From Octopus bimaculoides (taxonomy: Eukaryota): a stretch of 51,636 nucleotides of DNA. Both the position numbers and the translations under genes were made by a program. Under the pieces are notes generated by a model. It ran no database searches. It had not been told where the DNA came from and saw nothing but the letters and a program-made list of their open reading frames with translations. The DNA lies in assembly GCF_001194135.2 (NCBI RefSeq), contig NC_068985.1, positions 58,162,941 to 58,214,576 on the forward strand, given 5' to 3'. Below are positions 25,859 to 39,123 of this stretch, piece by piece (position 1 is the stretch's first letter; each line of letters starts with the position of its first letter).

Positions 25859-25962
25859 CGTTTACTTAGCTTTGGGGCGTTTATTGCTATCTTTCATCGT
25901 GTCTGTTCTCAATCCAATGATGAAACAATTAATGATGTATATGAAGCGACAAATGCCTTCAG
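25859..25962 (+). CDS. Candidate exon (RLLSFGAFIAIFHRVCSQSNDETINDVYEATNAF), product unknown
   Basis: Acceptor TTTTCAATCTTTTCAG (alternative acceptor at 25835), donor CAG|GTAAAA; reads through a 68-nt GT-AG intron into 26031. Confidence 0.3.
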
Positions 25963-26030
25963 GTAAAACGAATTGTTTTAAACTTTGTGCCCTAAATGAA
26001 ATTTTCGATTGGTTCACCTAATTGTTTCAG

Positions 26031-26127
26031 GTTTACGAAAGAAGAAAGATGTTTTCTATCGCAAATGTCTAATACATCATTTCTTCCGAAAAGCCTACTC
26101 TCAAAGTATTATATCTTAGATCCTTAA
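26031..26127 (+). CDS. Candidate exon (R)FTKEERCFLSQMSNTSFLPKSLLSKYYILDP*
   Basis: Acceptor TTGTTTCAG, phase-compatible with 25859-25962. Confidence 0.28.
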
Positions 26128-28828
26128 TGACATATCGGTCAGTAAATGTAATTGAAAACCCAGGCAATTCAACAGAATCAATCAGAGATTCAATCATTTA
26201 GTTACATCGCATGGCTGATGACTTTCTTCTTACGTCATTGTATTGTTGCTCCTCTCTAACCTGTATGAACCCAATAAGGAGTATGTCAGTGTTGTTTCCT
26301 TTATAAATTACGGTTTTGCTAGCAGTATTGGAAATCGGTGAAACATATTACATTAAAAAAATACAAAAATACATATTTTAATTATTTCATTCCATGTAAA
26401 TTTTCTTAAGCACGACGAACAAATCATTAAACACGAGAAATAATTTGGGAAAGGATGTCCTAATTAGTAATTATTTTATAAATTGCATGTTATGAAATTG
26501 CCATGATATCCTCCATCGGATTCAAAATTTTACCTACGATATTCTTAGTTTTACTCTTTGGAGATTAGATATATTTACTTGGGCAATGCAAACATGTGTT
26601 TTCTCGATACAAAACATCCAATATTAAGAAAATATGTACAAATCATGTGATTTTAAATGAAGTAGAAAACAAAGCTCCTATCGCATTAGTATAAATATAA
26701 GATATTTAACTTGAATAGCTATCGGTGTTGCGTAATACTAATAAAAGCCTTCTGTTAGCTAGTATGTTTCTGCAATGATTAGACCCTTCATTTCTCCCGC
26801 GCACTCGATAATTGTATACTGTATTTGCAATTAGACTTTACAGCTATATGTACAGTTGCAGCATCCGTTGTAAGTATTCCTGAAGCAGATTTTCGTTTTC
26901 TCCAGATATTCATCAATTTATTCCGTATGATAGCATTGCAATTAAATCTCTGTATGCTGTTTTGGTTTTAGAGTAGCTTTATTTTATTCGTGGACGATTA
27001 AAATGGATTTCCCCTCACAACGAGATAGTCAAGTTTTTTTTTATCTAGTAATCGTCCTTATCCTACCAAAACCTGTTCTTAACTCATTCATGAGCCTGTG
27101 TTATATATGTTTAGGAAGTGCTTAGATTTTTATGATCAGCCCTGCCAGTTCTTTAGCATGTTTTTTATGAAACCGAAGATGCTTTAGTTTTTATGGAGAA
27201 TGTTCAGATGCAGTATTTGACATTTTAATCATTGTCTCTCTTGGCGATGCCTATAGTCCGTCTCCCACCCACACATTGTTCAACGAGTTTGTTCTCGTTG
27301 ATTTCTAAAAAGCAAAAACGTTTGGATTCTAAATGCAGTTTTATTCAGATAACTCTATCATTGTTTGATTGACCCGTTTCCATTTTAACGAGGACCGTAT
27401 GTTTCAAGCGTTGTTTTATTCTGTCTGTCTCTCGAGCTGTCTCTCCCTCTTTTTCTTTTTCTCTCTGTCTCTCTCTCACACACGCTCTCATACACGCACA
27501 CAGACATGCATATATACATACCTACACGCAAACATACATACATATATATATGTGTGCGTCAGTGTGTTTTTGTGCGTTAGTTAGTTTCATGAAAAATGGA
27601 AGTCAGTATAACTTTACATTTAATTTCAAGCATATTATTGATCTTCAGTTGTTGTTATTGTTGCTATTATGGCTATTATATTTGGGGTTCTTTTCTATTA
27701 GTATTTGCATCGTCTAGAGTTCTGATTTCAAATATCCCGGTTGTTATCTCAGGTCTCAAATGTTCGGAATCGATAAATAAAATATCACTCAATAACTGGG
27801 GTTAGATTTAGAGTACTCCTTCCATAAAAGAGAATATCTAATGCTGGGTCAATGTCTGTCACCATTACTATATCTATTGTAAACAAGGATACATCATATT
27901 TATCGATGGTAACATTGTTAGAAGTATTATTATTTGAAATTAGGTGGAACAACCTATCCCTAACAGAAAAATCAATTTTTCTATCCAACAATATCATTGA
28001 CAAGAATACTGTCTAATGCATCATACGCAATACCGAGACATTGTACACAATATTGAATACTAGTTTGCAATTAGTACAGTCGCAACACAGACTGTATCAC
28101 AATTCACACCAACAAAGATATGTAACAAAAACATTTAGTCTAAAACATCTCACAGTCACTGTATTAATTCTGTACATAAACATTCTTATGCAGCTTCTTT
28201 TTTTGTTGGTCCAGCGTCGTTAGTTGGATGCCAACCAAATATTTCTTAAGATGTTACACAGTGAATAAATAAATGCGCAAAATTATGTCTCCATGTTGAC
28301 TAAACGCTATTGTGAAAAACTTTAGCAGTTCTTCTTTTAAATTATAAATCACAAAGATAAAAGATGCGTTAGTTATTCTTTAGATTCTCTTTGCAAGCAA
28401 ATAATATTACAGCGTTGCGTCATAAAGGAAAAAACAACAGAGAAAAAGTAACCTGACGATATCTTACACGAGTATTCTTGGGTATGATTGAAGGAGAGGT
28501 TTCAAAGAAGAGTATATAGATATTAAACAAAAAATGATATCACATATTAGAAAAGAAGAAAATTTCCTGAAGACATGCCAAACAGTTAATTATATTTAGA
28601 GATATCTATCAAGAACACAATTAGAATTTTTTGATTGGTGTTTCACTAGTCATCATTTATTGTCTGCACAAGTTGTATAATGACTGACGTGGGAAGTATA
28701 TATAAACGTGGAACCAAAAGTCAACGTTTGAATTGTTTGGATGTTGATGAAAAATATCGATTGATGTGTGGTTCGCGTCCGCTAACAACCATCAGCTTTA
28801 GTCAGGGTTAAAGATATCTGTCTTTTTT

Positions 28829-29035
28829 AATCATTTGACTGATTGCACTGCTTCAATGTCAGTATACAGCTTTATAAGGTTTAGTCGAATAGTTTAACCA
28901 CAGCACTTACTTTTCTAAGATATGGTAATTATTCTATCGTTATCTCTAGCCATACCACTAAGTTAGGGTTTTCTACCAAATCACCAGCGTTTGTCGAGCG
29001 GTGGTGAAGGCAAACAGAAGCACCAAGACACGCAA
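28829..29035 (-). mobile_element. SINE family A, degenerate tail
   Basis: TCATTTGACTG, TTTAGTCGA, CTAAGTTA and GTTTGTCGAGCG blocks. Confidence 0.45.
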
Positions 29036-29134
29036 AAACACACACTCACATATACATATATAAACACACATTCACTCATATGCACAAGTTTATATACACA
29101 TATATACATATATACGTACATAATATACATACAT

Positions 29135-29171
<37 letters not shown>

Positions 29172-29175
29172 TACA

Positions 29176-29229
<54 letters not shown>

Positions 29230-29639
29230 TATAATCAAAGGAAGCAACAAGATATCCAGAGGTGATGCAGTACGACCGATTCAAGCGGCTCATTTAATTG
29301 AACAATGCAATCATTGCATCAATTTAAATGCAGGGCTATCCTTAGCTGCATAAATAAATAAATAGAATTTTTAATCAGTCGGACACGTTAATCTAATTTT
29401 ACTTAAATACTCTAATAGTGTAAAAAAAACAGCTAAGACGATCCTGCCACCATTTCAGCTTAGAAAAATTGTTGCGGTGATAGCTTGTAACAGATCTTGG
29501 TTCAGTTGTAATTTATTAGTCTTGTTTATCATTTACAAAATCTAGGACAAGAGGATTGTATCTGTAAGGAAAGGGCAAGAGAGAGTTGATAGAATATAGT
29601 GGGTATGGTCATAATACTTGTCAAGATTACTGCTCCCAG

Positions 29640-30328
29640 GCAATTGTGGCAATGTGCCAAGAAAACAAGAAAGACGTTTTCAGCAGATTTATCACATGGA
29701 TGAAACATGGGTCCATCACAATGATCTGAGACTAAAGTCCAATTGATGCAATGGAAACATGGCAACTCACCTCCTCCAAAGTAGGCTTGCCTCCAACCAG
29801 CTGGCAAAGAAATGTTAACAGCATTTGGGGACCTGCATCAAGTAGTGATGATGGATGGATTTTCTGGCAAAGAGCACCTCAATTAACGGGGAATATCATG
29901 CTTGTATGCTGCAGAAAATTGCCGGACACCGTCAAAGCAGAGTGGAGTGGTATGCTGACCAAAGATGTCCGCATCCTCCAAGACACCGCCCAGTTCACAA
30001 TCACATATTGCTCAGACGAAAGCTCATTCTTGCAGCTATGAAATCCTTCCCCACCGCTTACTCTCCTCGTACCATCTGACTTACTCTTCTATTCGACCAT
30101 GAAGTCTTATTTGAAGGGATAGAACATTTCGGATAAGGATGAGGTTCTTTCCGTGGTAAGGTCTTAGCTCCAGACTCAACCTACCGATTTCTACAGACGA
30201 CGTCATAATAGGTGCATCGAGCAATGAGAGAAATGTATCGCCATTAGTGGACATATGATTATGCCAAGTTTCGTTTATCCCACACCATGAGAAGTGGGTC
30301 AGGGGAAATCTTTACTAAACACCCCTCA
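29640..30328 (+). pseudogene. Mariner (DD34D-type) transposase pseudogene with right TIR
   Basis: DETWVHHND, MDFLAKSTSINGEYHACMLQK, MLTKDVRILQD, VPSDLLFYSTMKSYLKG with frameshifts and stops; ends TTTACTAAACACCCCTCA|TA (reverse complement TA-TGAGGGGTG, a mariner-type terminus). Confidence 0.9.
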
Positions 30329-30362
30329 TATATATATATATATGTATGTATGTATGCATCTA

Positions 30363-30421
<59 letters not shown>

Positions 30422-30432
30422 TGGTGTATGTG

Positions 30433-30473
<41 letters not shown>

Positions 30474-31204
30474 AAATATGTATANNNNNNNNNNNNNNNN
30501 NNNNNNNNNNNNNNNNNNNNNNNNNNNNNNNNNNNNNNNNNNNNNNNNNNNNNNNNNNNNNNNNNNNNNNNNNNNNNNNNNNNNNNNNNNNNNNNNNNNN
30601 NNNNNNNNNNNNNNNNNNNNNNNNNNNNNNNNNNNNNNNNNNNNNNNNNNNNNNNNNNNNNNNNNNNNNNNNNNNNNNNNNNNNNNNNNNNNNNNNNNNN
30701 NNNNNNNNNNNNNNNNNNNNNNNNNNNNNNNNNNNNNNNNNNNNNNNNNNNNNNNNNNNNNNNNNNNNNNNNNNNNNNNNNNNNNNNNNNNNNNNNNNNN
30801 NNNNNNNNNNNNNNNNNNNNNNNNNNNNNNNNNNNNNNNNNNNNNNNNNNNNNNNNNNNNNNNNNNNNNNNNNNNNNNNNNNNNNNNNNNNNNNNNNNNN
30901 NNNNNNNNNNNNNNNNNNNNNNNNNNNNNNNNNNNNNNNNNNNNNNNNNNNNNNNNNNNNNNNNNNNNNNNNNNNNNNNNNNNNNNNNNNNNNNNNNNNN
31001 NNNNNNNNNNNNNNNNNNNNNNNNNNNNNNNNNNNNNNNNNNNNNNNNNNNNNNNNNNNNNNNNNNNNNNNNNNNNNNNNNNNNNNNNNNNNNNNNNNNN
31101 NNNNNNNNNNNNNNNNNNNNNNNNNNNNNNNNNNNNNNNNNNNNNNNNNNNNNNNNNNNNNNNNNNNNNNNNNNNNNNNNTGTGTGTGTGTGTGTGTGTG
31201 TGTA

Positions 31205-31362
31205 TATGACGTTCTTTCAGTTTCGTCTGTCAAATCTACTCAGAAGCATTTGCTCGGCCCAGGTATATCGTGGATGACACTCAACTTAGGTGTTACGCAG
31301 TGGGGCGGAACACGGAACTATGAGACTGTGAAGCAAAATTCTTAACACACAGTTACGTCTGC
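31205..31362 (-). mobile_element. SINE family A, degenerate head
   Basis: TCTTTCAGTTTCGTCT, CAAATCTACTCA, TCGGCCC, ACGCAGTGGG, CTTAACACACAG. Confidence 0.6.
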
Positions 31363-32409
31363 TACTGTTGATTTTACTGACTTTGCCTACCTAACTTTAA
31401 AACGAATACTAATGTGTTTCAATGACAAAATTGAAAGAAGTAACAACAAATTGACTATGGCTAATTGTTACAATGTTATGCACATTTGCTCAACGCAAAA
31501 AGTAAACATACCATATTCAAATCAAGAACATATATATTATATAAAAAACTGTGTAGGTTACTCCAAGTTTCGTCTTTTGTTAATTATATTCATGATGAGC
31601 CACGAGCAAATTCCATAGATGACTACAAATTTTAAAAAATATTTTATATGTATTTATGCATGCATGTATGTATTATGTATGTAAATATACGTTTATGTAT
31701 GTATGTATGTATGTATGTATGTATGTATGTATTCATGTATGCATATATACAAAAAAAAAACTTTCCTAATCTAGAAATCCTTAAGTAAGTATTATGGTAG
31801 CTATAATTATAGTCCCAATATAGGACAATCACAGAATGTCAATTTAGGGAAACATATATACAACCAAACTACCGTAAACCAAGTAACAGAGAATCTTCAA
31901 GTTCAAGATCGGACTAGAATAATGGGAAATCAAAATAAAAAAAGATTTAACCCTTTAGAAAATCTCTCTTCGAGTTAGAAGTAGTATACGAACCAACAAG
32001 TATTGCCACTCTGACTTTCAGACCACAGACTTATATTGGATCTCCTCGGTGGTAGGTACTCGTTGCCAGCCATTACAATAGCTTACCTTGCTTGCTATAT
32101 ATATATATATAAAATAGAGTGTCATACAATCATTGATTTTGTAACAAGGTAAATAGTCCGTTAGAAAATCTGTTCGAGATAGAAGCACTATACAAATCCA
32201 AAATTGTTGCTTATGACCACGTTAATGTGCCCGTCCTCTAGGAAACCACGATACTACCATATAAGCCCAAGAAGACATATTTTCCAGCTGGTTTATTCGG
32301 TGCGCTTCTCGCACCCGATTTATTGTAAGCGGGAGATAAGTCTTCCTACTGTAACGGACTAGTTTCCGAGTTACAAAATAATTCTGATAGGAGGGGGGTG
32401 ACATTGCAC

Positions 32410-32560
32410 GCACTCTCTCGTGTCCAAATGTTTGTTATTTCATCAGTCTCGAATGGACGACAAGCAAATGCGATTCCATCGGCATTTGAACACGGAACAT
32501 GATGAACCGAAAGAAAAGCCACCAAGCATTTTATTCGTGCAATAACGGTTCTGCCAGCTC
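32410..32560 (-). mobile_element. SINE family B, 5' part
   Basis: Reverse complement starts GAGCTGGCAGAACCGTTA...AAATGCTTGG. Confidence 0.6.
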
Positions 32561-32589
32561 TACGAATTATTTAACAAATCATATATTGG

Positions 32590-32917
32590 AGGAGACCCCC
32601 TTCGGTCATGATAGACCATGGGATTTCCCCTAGAAAGATAACCTCGGAGGCACAAGTTCGGGCAAGGTTGTTTGCTGAAGGCCAGTAGTCGCCCGTGCAT
32701 GCCAGATTCTCCTCTCCACACCACTGATGTTATCCAAGGGAAAGGCAAAGGCCGATACAGCTTAGCACCAGTGATGTCGCAAATGATTTCTACAGCTGAG
32801 TTATTTGGACCAACGTGAAATAAAGTGTCTTGCTCAAGAACACAACACGCAGCCCGGTCCGGGAATCGAACTCACAACCTCACGATCGTATGTTCGACGC
32901 TCTAACCACTGAGCCAT
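32590..32917 (-). mobile_element. tRNA-derived SINE family D
   Basis: Reverse complement: TGGCTCAGTGGTTAGAGCG (A box), GAGTTCGATTCCC (B box), then TGTTCTTGAGCAAGACACTT and a non-tRNA body. Confidence 0.85.
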
Positions 32918-35031
32918 ATTAATAACTAAAATATGTAGTGTATTAAAATGTATTTAGATTTGGGTAGTTCATAATTATTCTAGATTTAGGGAACATATCT
33001 TCAATAAACGTTAATAAAATGTTATTACCCTGGTTCTTATTGGCATTCACTGGTATTGCTTCAAATCAGAACCGATCATAATCTAAATGAGAATCAGTCA
33101 TACTCTCCCCTACTCTGTGCCAATTGCCGTAACTGAATATATTGATCTCTCGCATGCATGCAATACTTTCCAGTCAAACGTGTAAAAATTGTGCACTTAT
33201 TCAATTTGAAATATAGATAAGAAGATGCCAATAAGTGGTTTGGGAAAAACTTTTGTGTCCGAAATTATGAGCTGTCATATCGAAGATCAAAAACTTATTT
33301 TGCTTGTGGTAATATGTTAGATTCTTTCATTTACCCAATTTTCGAGGGAATGAAGCTATTATTATTTTCAGCAAAGATCCAACATACATTTATCTTTAAA
33401 CTTGAAGCATTTTGCATTTCGCACAGCGCTTTATTTACGTGAGCAAAAGTAATGATAAACATTCGATAAAGTATCTGGAAAACAGAACTCACTTCATAAT
33501 ATTCAAGGGGGAAAATAATTGACGAATTTACTAATTATCGTCACTGTAATATACTTCGTAACATTATCAGAAAAAGAATGCTTGGGTAAGCCGATAAGAA
33601 TATGATATTCTAAAAGCCACATTCTATTAACAACGTGTAACAGTATATTTGAATATTTTGTACAAAACTCTAATTTGTACTGCTGTTCTTACCGGTCATT
33701 TATTTTCAGTATAAGTTAATATATTTATATTATCTTTAAATAAAATAATGTTAATGATGTTTAACTATAAACTGAAAGAGAGAGAGAGAAAAAGAGAGCG
33801 AGAGAGAGAGAGAGAGAGAGAAAGAAAGAGAGAGACAGACCCAGAATGAAATTATGTTAAGTCAAGGCAATCTTGCCGTCGTCTCAGTATATGCATTCAT
33901 GACTTCCTCCTTTAATGTCTGGTATTAAGACTATAACATGTCTGGTTTGTAGGTGATTTGCCAGTTACTTAGCAGTTGTAGCAGCCATATAACGGTACCC
34001 ACGTTTCCTCGTAATCTGTTATTGTGGTGCATGCATTTTTGATTAGCTGATTGGATAGTAATTATATAAATTATATCAGCATTAAAACTGTTTAGCGCTT
34101 CTTCATAACGAGGTCATTTGGTTCATTTAGATTTCCTTAATGAGAAAGAAATACAAAGAATTCAATCAGCTAATAGCGTTAAAAGAGTTGATATTTACAA
34201 AAAATATAGCAATAATGCGTTAAATTTTGAATAAAATTAGAAAATATAATTAATACCCGTTTGAACGGTGATAAATTGTTTCTCGAAACTTCCTTCTAGA
34301 AAAGGAATCCATTTCGTGGACGAATCACAATCACACACGCACGCGCACGCACACACACACACACACACACATACAGAGGCACGCACACACACATACAGGC
34401 ACACATATACACACACAGACGCACACATACAGGCACACACATACAGGCGCGCACCCACACACCCTCACATAACCAGCCAAAATTCTTCAATTATAAATAC
34501 ATGATACTGGGGCAACATAATCTTGCCGAGGAAATACTCATAACTAAGTCCTGTCTTCGGTGAGAATCACATTACATCATTATGCCATTGTTGGTGATTT
34601 TAATAGCATATCTCTATTTAACAAACAGCGCATATAAATACTGGTTCGTTCTCGATTGATTCTCCACTCACGCTTTTCATCATATAAAAGAGCGGGAAAG
34701 AAAGAGAGTGTTAGCTCTGGAAGTGAAAGATATTTTATACCGTTCTAAAAAGAAAATATATATTTTTTTAAATCAAATTTCGCAGAGATAGATTTTCGAT
34801 AGAGTAGATTGTGATTACACTGATAAAACTTTTAGGAAATAATAACGTTTATTGCAAAAATGCAAGCGAGACATTTGTGTTTATTAAATTTTGTTCTCAG
34901 GTTGTCTCTTCTTTTGAAAATTAGTATTTATTTCATTATTTAGTATAAGCACGAAGACATTTGATTAAAAATTAAATCATACTTATGTTGGTATATGTGT
35001 TTTTTATCCTATTATTACCTATGGTGGCTAG

Positions 35032-35400
35032 GGAGGCGCAATGGCTCAGAGGTTAGAGCAGCGGGCTCACAGTAATAGGATCGTGGTTTCGACTCCCAGA
35101 CAGGGCATTGTGAGTGTTTATTGAGTGAAAACATCAGAAGCACCACGAAGCTCCGGCAGGTGGAGTGGGGCGGCGAACCCTGTTGTATTCTTTCGCCGCA
35201 ACTTTCTCTCACTCTCTCTTCCTCTAATTGCTCTACCTGTATTTTAAAGGCCATCCTTGTCACACTCTGTGTGAATCTCCTCGTGAATTACGTTAAGGGT
35301 AGACATGACTGTAGAGTTCTTGCACGTTAATTTCATGAGCAGGCTGTTCCGCTGATCAGATCAACTGGAACCCCCGTCGTCGTAACCAACGGAGTGCCAC
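35032..35400 (+). mobile_element. tRNA-derived SINE family C
   Basis: GGAGGCGCAATGGCTCAGAGGTTAG (A box), GGTTTCGACTCCC (B box); colinear with 41978-42326 through GATCAGATCAACTGGAACCC...CGGAGTGCCA. Confidence 0.9.
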
Positions 35401-36784
35401 TGTATGGTGACAAAAGTATATTTCCAAAGTTACCCGTTATATGACGGATAATATTCTTATTTAGTAATGATCATCACCTGATATCGTAAGTTCCCTGGAA
35501 TAAAACGAAACTATTTAATGGACTATGTAACAATGCAATGTGATATAATCCAATCTAAAGACACTTACTAGATTACACTGTGTAACAATTTTTTTATTTA
35601 CTTTTTCATCTTTTTTTTTCTCATTGGTCATTAAGTGCTATTGACAAGATGTTTCTATCTAGAAATCAAAAGAAGTGACTACAATGCATTGTGACCTGGA
35701 CATTAATGTTTCGAAATAGACCTATTTTCCATTACATTTCAGACAGATTCAACGCTGAGATGCGGAGGCAGAAATATCGTTATAGCAAATATTCTGCTCA
35801 TTACCAGAGATATTTGCCCATCAGTCGCTTGACCGTAACTGTTTGACCTTGTCCCTTACTAGCTGGCAATATTTGCATCACTGATCATGAACAGCAGTAT
35901 TTGGGGAACATCATAGTCATGTGTTGTGAGGGATTGTTTGGGGTTTGGATAAATAACGTAACAAAAGCAAAGGTTGAAGAAAATATGTCATTTTTCATAA
36001 TTTCTAGGTGTAAGCAAATAGGAAATAACAGTTGATGCCAAAGGATAAAAATCGTGTTATATTGTGTTATTTTTCTTGCTGGGATTTAAGTTGGTCAGAA
36101 AATAAACGGTTGTGATAATAATCTGATTTAAGCAATCGGAAAACATGCTCAGAGGACCGTGGCGGAATGAATAAACGGGCAGACAGAATTTTATATAACC
36201 GACCACAAATTAATATTCTGTATAAATGTCCAGATCTGCAAAGATCTCACCAGCCCAATTTCACTCAAAAAAAAAAAAGAAAGAAAACGGAGTCAATCCA
36301 AGCTTATAAGAGTAGGTATTTTCGAAATATGTGAACTAGTACCTAACACATAGAATAAGTATTTCATACACAATCAAATATGAATTAATATTGCAACGGA
36401 CCGATATATGACTTCATAACGAGATAAAGAAACAAAAGCACGACTGTTGAAGTATCATTTCTGCTCAAACTCTAAACCAGAGGTTAGTTTAGCAATTCTT
36501 CAAACTGACCTTGAAATGTCCGGCTTGTACTTTTGAGAACAATATTTAAAAGATATCAACCTGCCGATAAAGAGTTTGTAATATATATTTAAATGTTAAA
36601 TACCTGGGTTAATAAATATACAGTCCACCAGAATATCTATCTATCTTTCTAGCTTTCTATCTATCTATTGATATATATGTATGCGTGTGTGTGTGTATAG
36701 AAACACATACATATATATCACGCACACGTATATAGATGCATACATATACATTTAAATGTATACATACATAAGAAGATAGATAGG

Positions 36785-36965
<181 letters not shown>

Positions 36966-38539
36966 ACATATACATATATATTCATTTTGAGATTATCCGC
37001 GCAGGTAAGATTCTATTCAATGTCACCTAGTGGAAATGAAATCCATGAGATAAAACTGAAACTCTCACGAAACGAGCAATAACTAAGAATGATCTTACGT
37101 ATTTATTCCCTTGTGGTAACCGATTCCTTTCAAAATATAATCCTTTTGGGCTCATATATTTTCAGGTTGCATGTCTTAACCGTGGCAATAAAGGCAACAT
37201 ATATGCTTATATATTTTACATTCATCGTCTCTTTTATGGTCTTGCGTATTGACATAAATATTAGTTACATAATACAAGTTCAATCGCATTGTACATTTAA
37301 TACTGTTTCATTTCAATATCTTTCTTCTCATTTGACAGTATTGTAGTTAAACCTGATACAGAGAACCCTTACAAATGTATATACTTACTGATTCGAAACG
37401 GTTTTGCTTATTTATGTAGCTAAATTTACGTAGAATTTACAGACGCTTTCTGCAAACTTGTTGGTGTTTTAATTTCAGAATCACACACATTTCGTTTTCG
37501 TGATGGTTTTTTACCTTTTTTCGTTTGCATAAAATGTTTCCATATGAAACGATACGCCACTATGCGAATGGCCGAAATGAATTTTATAAGATTTTCATTC
37601 GAGTCTTTGTGTGGATCACATTCATTCCACATTGTCTAAAATAACCTCCTACGATAACATATATGGTTGCTATTATGTTGAACTGTCATATGTCTAAATT
37701 TGTCAAAATGCGTTTTTTTTCAATATGTACTTTTGCTTCCAATAGCCGGTTCTTTTCGTCAAACTATCGAATCCCCAGCTGCTTCAGACACCAAGATATC
37801 AAAACAACAGTTTTTCTATGGGATGGTGAAACTTTTGTCGTTTTCTGAAAAAGCAACGTTTTGGACTTACGACACCTTTGCCTAATAGCAATGATATATA
37901 TATATATATATATATATATATCTGTGTGTGTGTGTGCTTGTGTGTGTACGAATGTATGTATGTGCATGCGTCTTTCTCTATCTCTCTCTTCACACACAAA
38001 TACACACACACACACACATATATATACATATATATATACATGTATGCAAGTGTGTAAGTGTATCTGTAAATTTGTGTGAAAGAACGTATTGATATGGCGC
38101 TATATTGTATCGTATTTCCAATATTCCATTACCGTAGCCTGTTGATAGGACACAGTGTTGCATATGTTTTATCTCTAATGTATTCTAACTTTCTCTATGT
38201 TAATTGTCTTCCTATAATATTGCATACTACAACTATAAACAGGCATATGCAATAATTTATTGTTTATTTAAACGAATATTAGATAATTGATTAATTCATA
38301 CCCGTTCCTAACAATTCTTTGCACAAGCAGAGAAATATAACCGATGTTAGATTTTAAATCCTCACTAATTCTCTAACAATTATACTCCGCTGAGTAACTA
38401 CTCCAAGAGTAATCTAAGGAAGTAATAAAAATACATCTGCTTCTTAAGTAATAAAAATACATCTGCTTCTGAAGTTTGATTTCATATTTACTAGAAGATT
38501 TACTGTATAGGAACTATGTAAAACACACTAATACTTATA

Positions 38540-38950
38540 CAAAGTGATTGAAAAGTAACTTCCTATGGTACCTAATTCTGTTACAAGATGAGTTCTGGCC
38601 GGTTATCAGTGCTTGGGAGAATATTGGTTTGATTTTCTTGCAAGATGGCGTTCCTCCACATTTTGCTCTTATCGTTCGTGAATGGCTGAATTCCCATTTC
38701 CCCAGGCGCTGGATGGCTCGTCGTGGTCCGCATGAGTGACCAACCAGGAGTCCCGACTTAACACCCTGTGACTTCGTTATTTGGAGTTGGTTAAAGGAAC
38801 TATTCTACTGTACCAAACCAAACACTTTGGAAGAATGTGAAGGCTAAGTATGAGAAGTTCTGTCTTCCCCCACAAGAGATCTTGTTAAAATCCGTTGACG
38901 CATTTCCTAGGCGACCCGAGAAGCTGATGGCGACATCAGGAACCTATATC
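38540..38950 (+). pseudogene. rosa-type (DD41D) Tc1/mariner transposase pseudogene, internally deleted
   Basis: FLQDGVPPHFALIVREWLNSHFPRRWMARRGPHE*PTRSPDLTPCDFVIWSWLKE: 41 residues between the QDG and PCD aspartates. TA-CAAAGTGATTGAAAAGT TIR-like start at 38538-38556. Confidence 0.85.
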
Positions 38951-38992
38951 GAATTTTAAATAAAATAAAAGCTTATACTAAAATCTTTCCTC

Positions 38993-39123
38993 GTGTCTGT
39001 GTCTTTTGTAAGTGCATGTGTGTATGGGGACAAAAACAATTACAAACGAACACGTATTAACAGAGAATATAGGTGATACAGACACTCCCCATACACACAT
39101 GCACTTACAAAAGACACAGACAC
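38993..39123. repeat. Perfect 38-bp inverted repeat with 55-nt spacer
   Basis: 38993-39030 GTGTCTGTGTCTTTTGTAAGTGCATGTGTGTATGGGGA is the exact reverse complement of 39086-39123. Confidence 0.95.

Noticed and set aside
28630-28730. ATTGG, TGACGT and TATATAAA arranged like a core promoter
   Set aside because: Such short motifs are common in AT-rich DNA, and no exon follows.
32020-32330. Two short exon-like segments (about 30 and 37 nt)
   Set aside because: All phases are open, the peptides are uninformative, and linking them to the 26031 exon needs a weak donor.
36992-37010. Strong CAG|GTAAGA donor
   Set aside because: The only nearby acceptor is a disfavoured GAG giving a 13-nt exon, and joining it to the 37165 acceptor hits a stop.
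37700-37885. Signal-peptide-like 61-aa ORF
   Set aside because: TTG start, overlapping frames equally open, no homology.
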